This document shows, in pieces, positions 8,553-17,968 of a DNA stretch of 52,158 nucleotides. The notes beneath the pieces were generated by a model, which did no database searches, was not told the DNA's origin, and worked only from the letters and a program-made list of their open reading frames with translations. The stretch's first letter is position 1. Each line of letters opens with the position of its first letter. The position numbers and the translations under genes were made by a program. The stretch lies in assembly GCA_947589125.1 (NCBI GenBank), contig CANPZZ010000001.1:1-52158 (forward strand). Direction: 5' to 3'. This DNA is from an uncultured Lachnospiraceae bacterium. Its GTDB lineage: Bacteria > Bacillota > Clostridia > Lachnospirales > Lachnospiraceae.

Positions 8553-9517
8553 ACCGGTTTATCAAATGGGTACTGATCGCAGCGACAGTCTGTCTGGCGG
8601 CCGGGCTTCTGATGAGCGGCTGTGCCGCGTCCATGGGCGGGTCGATCCTGCGGATCGATGGGAATCAGATCTTGTCTGATGGTCTCGGCGGACTGATCGG
8701 GCGTGTCATACGGGGCAATCAGTTTCGGTTGATTCTCGGCACATTGAATGGTTTTCATGGAAGTTGGGACGATACGGACGGAGCAGGCGTCGCGGATGAT
8801 TATGAAAACGAACCGCTGGACAGCGTGTATTTGCTTACGGACATCCGTGATCTTGAGATCGTCGCGGCCCCTTCGCGGATCGAGATCGTGGAAGGGGAGA
8901 CGGATGACTGTATCCGGGTGGAGCGGAATTCGGAGAAGATCATTTTAAAGGATAAGGTTTCTGACGACGGTCTGAAGCTGACCTTCGAGAAGGAGAAGGG
9001 AATCGTAAATCTCCCTGATTACGCGAAGGCTGTGATCACGATCCCGAAGGATCAGCATTTCCGCAGGGTGGAGCTGGAAGCGGACGCGTCCAGTATTGAC
9101 GCGGACCGGATCCTGGCGGATAAGCTGGACATTTCCGCGGGCGCCGCGTCGGTGGAGATCGGCAGCGTGTCGGCAGATGAGATGAAGCTGGAGGCCAACG
9201 CCGGAAGTATCGAAATCACGGAAGGCACCGTGAAGACGCTGGAGATCGAAAGCGCTATGGGCAGTGTGGACTATACCGGTGCGGTGGAGGAATCCGTAGA
9301 AGCGGACAGTGAGATGGGAACCGTCCGGCTTACGCTGGATGGCGCGATGAAGGATTTTAATTATCAGATCGATTCGTCTATGGGAGGCGTTACGGTAGAG
9401 GGACTCACGGATGCCAGAGGCGGCCTGAAAGGGAAACAAACGGTAAAGCATGACGGCGCGAAAAAAACGGCGAAGCTGGACTGCAGTATGGGCAGCGTGG
9501 AGATGAATTTCCGGTAG
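8549..9517 (+). CDS. DUF4097 (Toastrack) beta-strand repeat protein
   Basis: N-terminal hydrophobic anchor and repeated xxGSV/I beta motifs; context matches PadR-HAAS operons. Confidence 0.75.
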   Translation: MNRFIKWVLIAATVCLAAGLLMSGCAASMGGSILRIDGNQILSDGLGGLIGRVIRGNQFRLILGTLNGFHGSWDDTDGAGVADDYENEPLDSVYLLTDIRDLEIVAAPSRIEIVEGETDDCIRVERNSEKIILKDKVSDDGLKLTFEKEKGIVNLPDYAKAVITIPKDQHFRRVELEADASSIDADRILADKLDISAGAASVEIGSVSADEMKLEANAGSIEITEGTVKTLEIESAMGSVDYTGAVEESVEADSEMGTVRLTLDGAMKDFNYQIDSSMGGVTVEGLTDARGGLKGKQTVKHDGAKKTAKLDCSMGSVEMNFR

Positions 9518-9758
9518 AGGAATACGACAGCCGCGTTTGCAGTTTAGGTTGAATTCAGCGCCGACGAATGACGACAGGGTTAATATCGCTGCAAGAAGGT
9601 GCTGAAAAGCATGGGATATGCCGTGGTGCGGTGCGCTTGCAATTCATGATAATCTGCGTTAGAATAAGCATGAGTAAAGTGCCGAAAATGGACCTGCTGA
9701 CAGATACAGAAGATTTCAAATACAGCGACGGCCCGGGCGGCCGGAGAGGAGAAGAATT

Positions 9759-9959
9759 ATGGAGAACGGAAAACGTTTGTACCGGTCGAACCGTGACCGG
9801 ATGGTATGCGGTGTGTGCGGAGGCCTGGCAGAGTATTTCGCGGTGGATCCGACGATCGTGCGTCTTGTGTGGGCGATCGTGACGCTGTTCGGTATCGCGC
9901 CGGGAGTGATCGCCTATATCGTCGCGGCGATCATTATTCCGCAGAATCCGTACGTATAG
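9759..9959 (+). CDS. pspC: PspC-domain membrane protein
   Basis: KRLYRS..DRMVCGVCGGLAEYF.VDPTIVRL..AYIVAAIIIP. Confidence 0.9.
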   Translation: MENGKRLYRSNRDRMVCGVCGGLAEYFAVDPTIVRLVWAIVTLFGIAPGVIAYIVAAIIIPQNPYV

Positions 9960-10016
9960 GCCTTGACAAAACGGGCATACTCTAAGCAGATCTGAGAAAG
10001 GAGTATGCCTGTTATT

Positions 10017-10247
10017 ATGCCGAAAAAGAAGAAGGATGAACCGTTTGATCCGAAGAATTTAAAGCCGGAGGAGCTTCTGAAATTTGAGATCGCCGAGGAA
10101 CTGGGACTCAGCGACAAGGTGATCGCAAACGGCTGGCGCAGTTTGACGGCCAAGGAAAGCGGCCGTATCGGCGGCCTGATGACCAAGCGCAGGAGGGAGA
10201 TGCAGAGAGAGGCGCCTAAAGAGCGATCCCAGGGGCAGGTTAACTGA
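10017..10247 (+). CDS. Alpha/beta-type small acid-soluble spore protein family (SspF-like)
   Basis: LKFEIAEELGL..GWRSLTAKESGRIGG. Upstream GTATA-17-CATACT resembles a forespore sigma promoter. The start could instead be 10005. Confidence 0.85.
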   Translation: MPKKKKDEPFDPKNLKPEELLKFEIAEELGLSDKVIANGWRSLTAKESGRIGGLMTKRRREMQREAPKERSQGQVN

Positions 10248-11010
10248 AGAATCGAACCGACAATATCACTATGCCCAGCACTGTCAGAACGACGCCGGTG
10301 GCCCGATTCAGCGTTTTTGCACTCGCCTTATTGGCGAACAGGGCGGCGACTCTGGCCCACAGAAGCGTAAACGCGACACAGAGGACCAGACACCATGGAT
10401 CCGGCGCGCCGCCGATGGCGAAATGGCTGGCGGCGCCGGTCAGCGCCGTGAAAGTCATGATGAAGACGCTGGTGCCGACTGCAGTTTTTAATTCATAGCC
10501 AAGGACGCTGGTCAGCAGCAGAAGCATCATCATGCCGCCGCCCGCCCCGACAAAGCCGCAGATGAACCCGACGCCCGATCCGCAGACGATGGACTGGATG
10601 ATGCGCTTCCTGGCGCTGACAGAAGCCATAGCTTCTTTGGTCGTCATGACCGGCCGTACGATAAATTTGATTCCGAGAAGCATTGTCATGAAGACGGAGA
10701 AGCTGCCCATGGTCGTGTTGGGCACCAGGCTGGCGGTCCAGCTGCCGACCATTGTGAAGAGAAGGACCGCAGCCATCATGACGAGGCCATTGCGGATATC
10801 AAGATTCTTATTCTTTCCGTAGGTGTAGGCGCTGACGGCGCTTGCCAGGACGTCGCTGGCCAGCGCGATCCCGACCGCCTGGTAAGCCGGCATATCAAGA
10901 AATGTGATGAGCATCGGGCTTATCACTGCCGCCGCGCTCATTCCGGCAAAGCCGGTTCCGAGGCCCGCGCCGAGGCCGGCGAAAAAGCATACCAATATCT
11001 TTGCGATCAT
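10240..11010 (-). CDS. Sulfite exporter TauE/SafE family membrane protein
   Basis: About 8 TM segments, duplicated G..GF.G..GG motif and KTAVGTS. Confidence 0.85.
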   Translation of the reverse strand: MIAKILVCFFAGLGAGLGTGFAGMSAAAVISPMLITFLDMPAYQAVGIALASDVLASAVSAYTYGKNKNLDIRNGLVMMAAVLLFTMVGSWTASLVPNTTMGSFSVFMTMLLGIKFIVRPVMTTKEAMASVSARKRIIQSIVCGSGVGFICGFVGAGGGMMMLLLLTSVLGYELKTAVGTSVFIMTFTALTGAASHFAIGGAPDPWCLVLCVAFTLLWARVAALFANKASAKTLNRATGVVLTVLGIVILSVRFFS

Positions 11011-11226
11011 CCTGAAAGTTCTCCTTGTTTATTTTCTATCTGCTTCCTTCCGGCAGATGAAGATCATCGATCCGGTGGAATGGATTATAACGCGCGGACA
11101 GGCGGCTGTCAATATTTGCAGCGGCCGGCGGAGTTGGTGTGACTGTCTTTTTGTCTTTTGCGTGACAAATCGGAGCGGCGGCGTTATAATATAGGTATCA
11201 TTGTTGGAAATGGGGCGGAGGCAGTC

Positions 11227-11721
11227 ATGAGTGACCATGAAAAACAGACAGGCGGAGCGGCATTTGCGGCCGACGCCGTGGATTATGACCTTCTGGCGGC
11301 ACAGATGCAGGCGCTGGCTGAGGACGTGGAGAGCGAGATCAGCAATCTGGCAAACGCCTCGGCGCTTCTGTACCAGACGCTTGCGGATCTGAACTGGGCC
11401 GGGTTTTATCTGTACCAGAGCGGAGAGCTGCGCCTGGGGCCGTTTCAGGGGAAAACGGCCTGTACGCGTATCGCAATTGGAAAAGGCGTCTGCGGAACGG
11501 CGGCGCAGAAGGATGAGACCGTGGTAGTGGAGGATGTCCACCAGTTTCCGGGCCATATCGCCTGCGACGGCGCTTCTAATTCGGAGATCGTAATTCCGAT
11601 CCACAGAAGCGGCGCACTGTACGGCGTTCTGGATATCGACAGTCCGCTGTACGGAAGGTTCGGGGCAGAGGAGAAGGAAGGCCTTGAGAAGTTCGTATCG
11701 GCGCTTGAGAAAGTGCTGTAA
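11227..11721 (+). CDS. msrC: GAF-domain protein, free methionine-R-sulfoxide reductase type
   Basis: NWAGFY, LGPFQGKTAC, GKGVCG, HIACD, SEIVIP and LDIDS motifs. Confidence 0.88.
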   Translation: MSDHEKQTGGAAFAADAVDYDLLAAQMQALAEDVESEISNLANASALLYQTLADLNWAGFYLYQSGELRLGPFQGKTACTRIAIGKGVCGTAAQKDETVVVEDVHQFPGHIACDGASNSEIVIPIHRSGALYGVLDIDSPLYGRFGAEEKEGLEKFVSALEKVL

Positions 11722-11857
11722 AATAAAAATTCTGCTTGTGCTACGAAGAAGAAGCATTTAGATAGGATACCGGAAGTAAAAATGCACAGATTCCGGATAA
11801 CGCATACGATGGGGGCAGTGGTTTACGGAACCAAAGGAATGAGGGAGAAAGATACTA

Positions 11858-12187
11858 ATGACGATCAATGAATATCAGAAACTCGCGATGACCACGCTGA
11901 ACCCGAAGCTGGACAAAAAGGACGTCCTGATCAATGGCGTCATGGGACTGTGCGGGGAGTCCGGCGAGGCCATTGATATCGTGAAGAAGCATCTGGCTCA
12001 GGGACACGAGCTGGACCGGGAGAAGCTGATTAAGGAACTGGGCGACATCGCCTGGTATCTGGCGGAGACGGCCACGGTTCTGGATGTGTCGCTGGAGGAA
12101 GTGCTGACGCGCAATATCGAGAAGCTGAAGAAACGGTACCCGGAAGGCTTTGACACTGAGAGGTCGCTGCACCGGGATGAGGAGTGA
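11858..12187 (+). CDS. MazG-like nucleotide pyrophosphohydrolase
   Basis: GLCGESGE..KK..ELGDIAWY..NIEKLKKRY. Confidence 0.88.
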   Translation: MTINEYQKLAMTTLNPKLDKKDVLINGVMGLCGESGEAIDIVKKHLAQGHELDREKLIKELGDIAWYLAETATVLDVSLEEVLTRNIEKLKKRYPEGFDTERSLHRDEE

Positions 12188-12465
12188 TCCGCACCGGAGC
12201 GGTCGGATCGGCAGGATTGGGAAACGTTTGATACTTCTATGGGGGCAGAGTGCTGGTGACGCTCTGCTCCTATTTCCATACAGGGCAATGTGCCGGTGAC
12301 GCCCTTCGTGTATTAGTTTGGCCTACCTTACGGCGGGCCTTTTTTGATGCCATTGTACGCGGGGATGGCCGGGGCGCATCCGTGCTGTTATGGAAATGGG
12401 ATCGCGAGAGCGGGGAGACGACCGGCATCGGCGGCATTTGAAAGTTAAAATTATAAAAAAGGGGC

Positions 12466-12494
12466 TTGAAATATACCCCATGGGGGTATATAAT
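12466..12494 (+). promoter_or_regulatory. Sigma-A promoter with CsoR operator
   Basis: TTGAAA-17-TATAAT. ATATACCCCATGGGGGTATAT (12471-12491) matches the CsoR TACC...GGGGGTA type site. Confidence 0.88.
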
Positions 12495-12504
12495 AAACAC
12501 TGGA

Positions 12505-12619
12505 TATGGAAGACCGCTTCTGCATGGCAGGTGAATTATGGAAGACCGTTTCTGCATGGCAGGTGAATTATGGAAGACCGTTTCTGCATGGCAGGTGAAT
12601 TATGGAAGACCGTTTCTGC
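12505..12619. repeat. 32-bp tandem repeat, 3.6 copies
   Basis: TATGGAAGACCGTTTCTGCATGGCAGGTGAAT at 12505, 12537, 12569 and partially at 12601; one substitution in total. Confidence 0.95.
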
Positions 12620-12693
12620 TGCTGCAGATGGATATAAGGATGAAGGATGGATCAGCTGCCGAGGACGGCTGAGTCCGGAAAGGAGAGTTGCCC

Positions 12694-12996
12694 GTGGAAG
12701 AGAATCAATGCTGCTGTCATAAGACAAAGGAGCGTTCGGAGAAGGAATATAAGGATCTGATCCACCGCTTGAACCGCATCGAGGGACAGGTGCGGGGAAT
12801 TAAGGGAATGGTGGAGCAGGACGCGTACTGCACGGATATCCTGGTGCAGGTAGCGGCGGTGAACGCGGCGCTGAACAGCTTTAACAAGGTGCTTCTGGAG
12901 AATCACATCCGGAGCTGCGTGGTCCGTGATATTAAGGAAGGCAAGGAAGAAACGCTGGATGAGCTGGTCGGGACGCTGCATAAATTGATGAAATAG
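12694..12996 (+). CDS. csoR: Copper-sensing repressor CsoR
   Basis: RLNRIEGQVRGI..YCTDIL..HIRSCV (C-H-C copper ligands). AAGGAG lies 8 nt before the GTG. Confidence 0.93.
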   Translation: MEENQCCCHKTKERSEKEYKDLIHRLNRIEGQVRGIKGMVEQDAYCTDILVQVAAVNAALNSFNKVLLENHIRSCVVRDIKEGKEETLDELVGTLHKLMK

Positions 12997-13020
12997 TATG
13001 GCAGAATGGAGAAGAAGATC

Positions 13021-13374
13021 ATGGGAGATATTATTATTGTTCTGATCGTTGCAGTCGGTTTGTTTTTCGGAGTCAGGGAAGCATTAAAGCGCAGCAGGAA
13101 CGGCTGCTGCGGCGGTTCCGTGCCGAAGGCGCCGCAGAAGGAGCTGGAAGGCGAGAAAGTAGGCGAGAAGATCGTCACCATCGAGGGCATGCACTGCGAG
13201 AACTGCAAGAACAGCGTGGAGAGGCAGATCAACCGGATCGACGGTGCCGTGGCGAAGGTGGATCTGAAGAAAAATATTGCCCGGGTCTCCATGAGCCGCA
13301 TGGTGGAGGATGAGGAACTGATCCGTGCGGTGGAACGGGCGGATTTTAAAGTGGTGAAGATCGAGACTGCCTGA
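13021..13374 (+). CDS. Membrane-anchored heavy-metal-associated (CopZ-like) protein
   Basis: N-terminal TM helix, GCCGG segment and the HMA motif GMHCENC. Confidence 0.85.
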   Translation: MGDIIIVLIVAVGLFFGVREALKRSRNGCCGGSVPKAPQKELEGEKVGEKIVTIEGMHCENCKNSVERQINRIDGAVAKVDLKKNIARVSMSRMVEDEELIRAVERADFKVVKIETA

Positions 13375-13447
13375 AGGCAGACGCTGCTGCGGCGGATAAC
13401 ACCAGTTGGAATTTTAGATGTGAGTCGATATAAGGAGATGACAGACA

Positions 13448-16180
13448 ATGCAGCAATACCTTGTAACCGGCATGAGCTGCGCGGCGTGCAGTTCCCGGGT
13501 GGAGAAGGCGGTATCGAAGGTGGAGGGCGTTACGTCCTGTTCGGTGAGCCTTCTGACCAATTCCATGGGCGTGGAAGGCACGGCTTCGCCGGAGGCTGTG
13601 ATCCGTGCGGTGGAAGAGGCCGGATACGGCGCGTCGTTAAAGCAGAGGGGCGGCGCGGCAGGCCGGACTTCCGCGGCTGGCGGTAGGGCGGGCGGTGGTT
13701 CCGCATCCGCAGGCGGCAGCACGGCGGTTTCCGGCGGCAGTTCGATGTCCGAGGCGGAAGAAATGCTCCGCGACCGGGAGACGCCGGTCCTGAAGCGGAG
13801 GTTATTTACATCGCTGGGATTTCTGGCGGTGCTCATGTACATTTCCATGGGACATATGATGTGGGGCTGGCCGCTTCCGGCGTTTTTGGCGGAGAATCAT
13901 GTGGCCCAGGGGCTCCTGCAGCTGCTTCTGACAGTCGTCATCATGGTCATCAACCAGAAATTCTTTATCAGCGGCTATAAATCCCTGTGGCACCGCGCGC
14001 CGAACATGGATACCCTGGTGGCGCTGGGTTCCACGGCGGCGTTCGGCTACAGCACCTACGCGCTGTTCGCGATGACGGACGCCCAGATGCGGATGGACAT
14101 GGAAGGCGTCATGGGCTATATGCACGAGTTCTATTTTGAATCGGCGGCCATGATCCTGACGCTGATCACGGTCGGGAAAATGCTGGAGGCCCGTTCCAAA
14201 GGCAAGACCACAGACGCGCTTAAGAGCCTGATGAAGCTGGCGCCGAAGACGGCGGTGGTGGTCTATGACGGCGTGGAGACGGAGGTGTCCATCGATCAGG
14301 TGCAGAAGGGCGATATTTTCGTCGTGCGTCCCGGGGAAAATATCCCGGTGGACGGCGTGGTGCTGGAGGGCACGAGCGCGGTCAATGAGGCGGCGCTGAC
14401 CGGCGAGAGCATCCCGGTGGATAAGGCGGCCGGAGATACGGTGTCGGCGGCTACGGTGAACCAGTCCGGATTCATCCGCTGCCGGGCCACGAGAGTCGGC
14501 GAGGATACCACATTGTCCCAGATCATCCAGATGGTCAGCGACGCGGCGGCCACCAAGGCGCCGATCGCCAAAGTGGCGGATAAGGTCAGCGGCGTCTTCG
14601 TGCCGGCGGTGATCACGATCGCGGTGATCACGACGTTTCTGTGGCTCGTGACGGGCCACAGCCTGGGCTTTTCGCTGTCCATGGGCATCTCAGTGCTGGT
14701 TATCAGCTGTCCCTGCGCCCTGGGTCTTGCGACGCCGGTGGCTATCATGGTTGGCAACGGCATGGGCGCGCGTCACGGCGTGATGTTCAAGACGGCCGCG
14801 TCCCTGGAGGCGGCCGGGAAAATGGAGATCGTCGCGCTTGATAAGACCGGAACGATCACAAACGGCGAGCCGAAGGTGACGGATGTGATCCCGGCGGAGG
14901 GCGCGACGGAAGAGGAGCTTCTGCGGCTTGCCTGCGCGCTTGAGAAGAAGAGCGAGCATCCGCTGGCAAAGGCTGTCCTTAAGCGGGCGGAAGAGCTGGG
15001 GATCACCGGCGGGGATGTGGAAGATTTTACGGCGCTTCCCGGTAATGGATTGACAGGAAGACTGAACGGAGAAACGGTGTGCGGCGGTAATCTGGCGTTT
15101 ATAAGCGGGCAGATGCAGGCGTCTGCCGAAGGGCTTGTGAAGACTGCAGGAACTGCAGAAGCTGCCGTGGGCGGAGGACTTAAGGCGGCTGCCGGAAACG
15201 GCGAGCGTGCGGAAGGCCGCGGGGATGAGCATCCGGCAGCTGCATCCGGCGGTATGATATCGGATCAGCTCCGCGCCCGTGCGGAAGCGCTGGCAGAGGA
15301 AGGCAAAACGCCGCTGTATTTCAGCCGCGGGAACTGTCTCGCGGGAATTATCGCCGTGGCGGACGTGATCCGTGAGGACAGCCCCGAGGCGGTCCGCCAG
15401 CTTCAGAATATGGGTATCCGCGTGGTCATGCTGACCGGCGATAATGAACGGACGGCCCGGGCCATCGGAAGCCAGGCCGGCGTGGATCAGGTGATCGCGG
15501 GCGTTCTGCCGGACGGCAAGGAGAATGTGATCCGGGATCTGAAGAAGCAGGGAAAGGTGGCTATGGTAGGCGACGGCATCAACGACGCCCCGGCCCTGAC
15601 CCGGGCGGATATCGGCATCGCCATCGGCGCGGGCACGGATATCGCCATCGACGCGGCGGATGTGGTCCTGATGAAGAGCCGCTTAAGCGATGTGCCGGCG
15701 GCCATCCGCTTAAGCCGCGCGACCCTGACGAATATCCATGAGAACCTGTTCTGGGCATTTTTCTACAATGTGATCGGGATCCCGCTGGCGGCCGGTCTGT
15801 GGTATCCTTTCTTCGGACTGAAGCTGAATCCGATGTTCGGAGCGGCGGCCATGAGCCTGTCCAGCTTCTGTGTCGTTACCAATGCCCTTCGCCTGAATCT
15901 GTTCGATATGAACAGCACGGCGCGGGATAAAAAAATAAAACATAAAAAGAATCATAAGGAGGAACAAACTATGACAAAGACAATGAAGATCGAAGGCATG
16001 ATGTGCGGACACTGCGAGGCCCGCGTCAAGAAGGCGCTGGAGGCTCTTGAGCAGGTGAGCGCGGCCGAGGTCAGCCATGAGAAGGGAACCGCGGTAGTGA
16101 CCCTGTCCGCTCCGCTGGACGACGCGGCGCTTAAGTCGGCTGTCGAGGCGCAGGATTATACGGTGACGGCGATCCAGTAA
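13448..16180 (+). CDS. copA: Cu(I)-translocating P1B ATPase with N- and C-terminal HMA domains
   Basis: [39 protein letters not shown], and C-terminal GMMCGHC. Confidence 0.96.
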   Translation: MQQYLVTGMSCAACSSRVEKAVSKVEGVTSCSVSLLTNSMGVEGTASPEAVIRAVEEAGYGASLKQRGGAAGRTSAAGGRAGGGSASAGGSTAVSGGSSMSEAEEMLRDRETPVLKRRLFTSLGFLAVLMYISMGHMMWGWPLPAFLAENHVAQGLLQLLLTVVIMVINQKFFISGYKSLWHRAPNMDTLVALGSTAAFGYSTYALFAMTDAQMRMDMEGVMGYMHEFYFESAAMILTLITVGKMLEARSKGKTTDALKSLMKLAPKTAVVVYDGVETEVSIDQVQKGDIFVVRPGENIPVDGVVLEGTSAVNEAALTGESIPVDKAAGDTVSAATVNQSGFIRCRATRVGEDTTLSQIIQMVSDAAATKAPIAKVADKVSGVFVPAVITIAVITTFLWLVTGHSLGFSLSMGISVLVISCPCALGLATPVAIMVGNGMGARHGVMFKTAASLEAAGKMEIVALDKTGTITNGEPKVTDVIPAEGATEEELLRLACALEKKSEHPLAKAVLKRAEELGITGGDVEDFTALPGNGLTGRLNGETVCGGNLAFISGQMQASAEGLVKTAGTAEAAVGGGLKAAAGNGERAEGRGDEHPAAASGGMISDQLRARAEALAEEGKTPLYFSRGNCLAGIIAVADVIREDSPEAVRQLQNMGIRVVMLTGDNERTARAIGSQAGVDQVIAGVLPDGKENVIRDLKKQGKVAMVGDGINDAPALTRADIGIAIGAGTDIAIDAADVVLMKSRLSDVPAAIRLSRATLTNIHENLFWAFFYNVIGIPLAAGLWYPFFGLKLNPMFGAAAMSLSSFCVVTNALRLNLFDMNSTARDKKIKHKKNHKEEQTMTKTMKIEGMMCGHCEARVKKALEALEQVSAAEVSHEKGTAVVTLSAPLDDAALKSAVEAQDYTVTAIQ

Positions 16181-16214
16181 TCGCGGGAGTCTTATTTGCA
16201 AAAAGAAAGATTCG

Positions 16215-16260
16215 GAAAGGACCGGAACGGTGAAGATTCATCTTTCCGGCCCTTTTTATT
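16215..16260 (+). terminator. Probable terminator after copA
   Basis: aaggaccggaa / ttccggccctt stem followed by T residues. Confidence 0.55.
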
Positions 16261-16383
16261 TCCATGCAAGAAGAACGCCAGTGACGCTCTTCTTGTATTT
16301 CCACGCAAGCAAGGCGTCAGTGACGCTCTTTTTGTATTTCCATGCAAGCAAGGCACCAGTGACGCTTTTCTTGTATTTCCACG
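16257..16383. repeat. 39-bp palindromic tandem repeat, about 3.3 copies
   Basis: Units start at 16257, 16296, 16335 and partially 16374; unit 1 is TATTTCCATGCAAGAAGAACGCCAGTGACGCTCTTCTTG. Confidence 0.92.
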
Positions 16384-16402
16384 GAACAGAGGCTTTTTGC
16401 GA

Positions 16403-16431
16403 TTGACAGTGAAAGTGGAGAAACGTATAAT
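16403..16431 (+). promoter_or_regulatory. Consensus sigma-A promoter for dut
   Basis: TTGACA-17-TATAAT. Confidence 0.8.
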
Positions 16432-16501
16432 GAAAAATGGATTTGTACCGACGAGGGGATCGCGCAGATCCAGATAAATGCGGCGGACAGGGAGGCGTTT
16501 T

Positions 16502-16936
16502 ATGGAAACGGTCAGAATTAAATATTTCACGGATAAGATCGACCGCCTGGCCTATATTGACGGCAAATCCGACTGGATCGACCTGCGGGCCGCGGAGGAT
16601 GTTTCGCTTAAGGCAGGCGAGTTTAAGCTGATTCCTCTGGGCGTCGCCATGAAGCTTCCGGAAGGCTACGAGGCCCATGTGGTGCCCCGCAGTTCTACTT
16701 ATAAGAATTTCGGGATCATTCAGACGAATCATTTCGGGATCATCGATGAGACCTACTGCGGCGACGGCGATCAGTGGTATTTTCCGGCGCTGGCTGTGCG
16801 GGACACGCAGATCCATGTAAATGACCGGATCTGCCAGTTTCGGATCATGGAGCATCAGCCCCGGATCCGTTTCGAGGAAACGGAGCGTCTGGACGGGGAG
16901 AATCGGGGCGGATTCGGAAGCACCGGGATCCGGTAG
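16502..16936 (+). CDS. dut: Trimeric dUTPase
   Basis: [21 protein letters not shown] and RGGFGSTG motifs. Confidence 0.95.
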   Translation: METVRIKYFTDKIDRLAYIDGKSDWIDLRAAEDVSLKAGEFKLIPLGVAMKLPEGYEAHVVPRSSTYKNFGIIQTNHFGIIDETYCGDGDQWYFPALAVRDTQIHVNDRICQFRIMEHQPRIRFEETERLDGENRGGFGSTGIR

Positions 16937-17116
16937 GCATGGTCGAAAGCAGTTTCAGCGGTGTGTTTGATTGTGGAGATGCTGGTTCTTTGGCGTACGT
17001 TCGGGGCTGCCGTCATGCGGTGCCGGCGGCGATGCACTGGTATCTGAAAAGTCAGCGAAAGAACTGGCTGCGAAAAAACAGTTTACTGAATACAGGCGGC
17101 GGGAATGGAGATAGGA

Positions 17117-17881
17117 ATGAGAAAATATAGATATCTGATTGTATGTATGGCTGCGGTTCTTCTATTATCCGGCTGTGGATCGAAAGAGAAATACGACCTT
17201 CGGGAGAACGGCATCCTGCGGATGAACGCCGGCAATTACCCGGCGGCAGTGCAGCTGTTTGACGAGGCATTGGAGAAATCAGACGGCAAGGTGGGCAATT
17301 TCGAGATCGATGTGCTGAAATACCGTGCCGAAGCAGAATACTATATGGGCGATTACGGCGCCGCCGCCGAAACCTACGATACGCTCTGGCAGGTAGACGG
17401 GGATAAAGAGAAGACGGAATATCTGTCCCGCTGCTGTGCGATGCTGGTGCTGGACGGTCAGCTGGACAGGGCGAAGGAGCAGTATCAGGCCCTTTACAGT
17501 GCGTGGCAGCCGGATGAGGACACGGTGGATCTGCTCCTGGCGCTGGGAGCGGCTCTTCGGAAAGCGGACCGCGGTTCCGAGGCGACGGAACTGTTCCAGC
17601 AGGCGGTGGATGACGGCGTGCAGAATGGGGAAATTTATAATCAGCTGGCGTTAAATGAACTGGAATTTGAGGAGTACGACCAGGCGATGGCATTTATCGA
17701 GAAAGGTCTGGCTGCGGGAGACGGCGCCAGGGAAAAACTGCTGTTTAATCAGGCGGTCGTATATGAAAAGAAGCTGGATTTTGCCGGCGCTCTGCGGACG
17801 CTGCAGACGTATGCCGCGGAATTCGGCGCTTCAGAGGAAGTGGAAAAGGAAATCGCGTTTCTGAAGACGCGGACAGACTGA
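17117..17881 (+). CDS. TPR-repeat lipoprotein
   Basis: Lipobox LLSGC followed by TPR-like helical repeats. Confidence 0.8.
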   Translation: MRKYRYLIVCMAAVLLLSGCGSKEKYDLRENGILRMNAGNYPAAVQLFDEALEKSDGKVGNFEIDVLKYRAEAEYYMGDYGAAAETYDTLWQVDGDKEKTEYLSRCCAMLVLDGQLDRAKEQYQALYSAWQPDEDTVDLLLALGAALRKADRGSEATELFQQAVDDGVQNGEIYNQLALNELEFEEYDQAMAFIEKGLAAGDGAREKLLFNQAVVYEKKLDFAGALRTLQTYAAEFGASEEVEKEIAFLKTRTD

Positions 17882-17968
17882 AAGCGGGGAAGCAGCGCAA
17901 TTCCGGAACGCTGATTTGCTCCCGCAGCAGGCGCTATATAGGAAGCAGAGCATTGACAGGAGGAAGAT

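Noticed and set aside
12506-12598. 30-aa leader peptide encoded by the 32-bp repeat
   Set aside because: No RBS, and the repeat length is not a multiple of three.
12505-12619. CRISPR array (32-bp repeats)
   Set aside because: Units are contiguous with no spacers, and there are no cas genes. The same applies to the arrays at 6481 and 16257.
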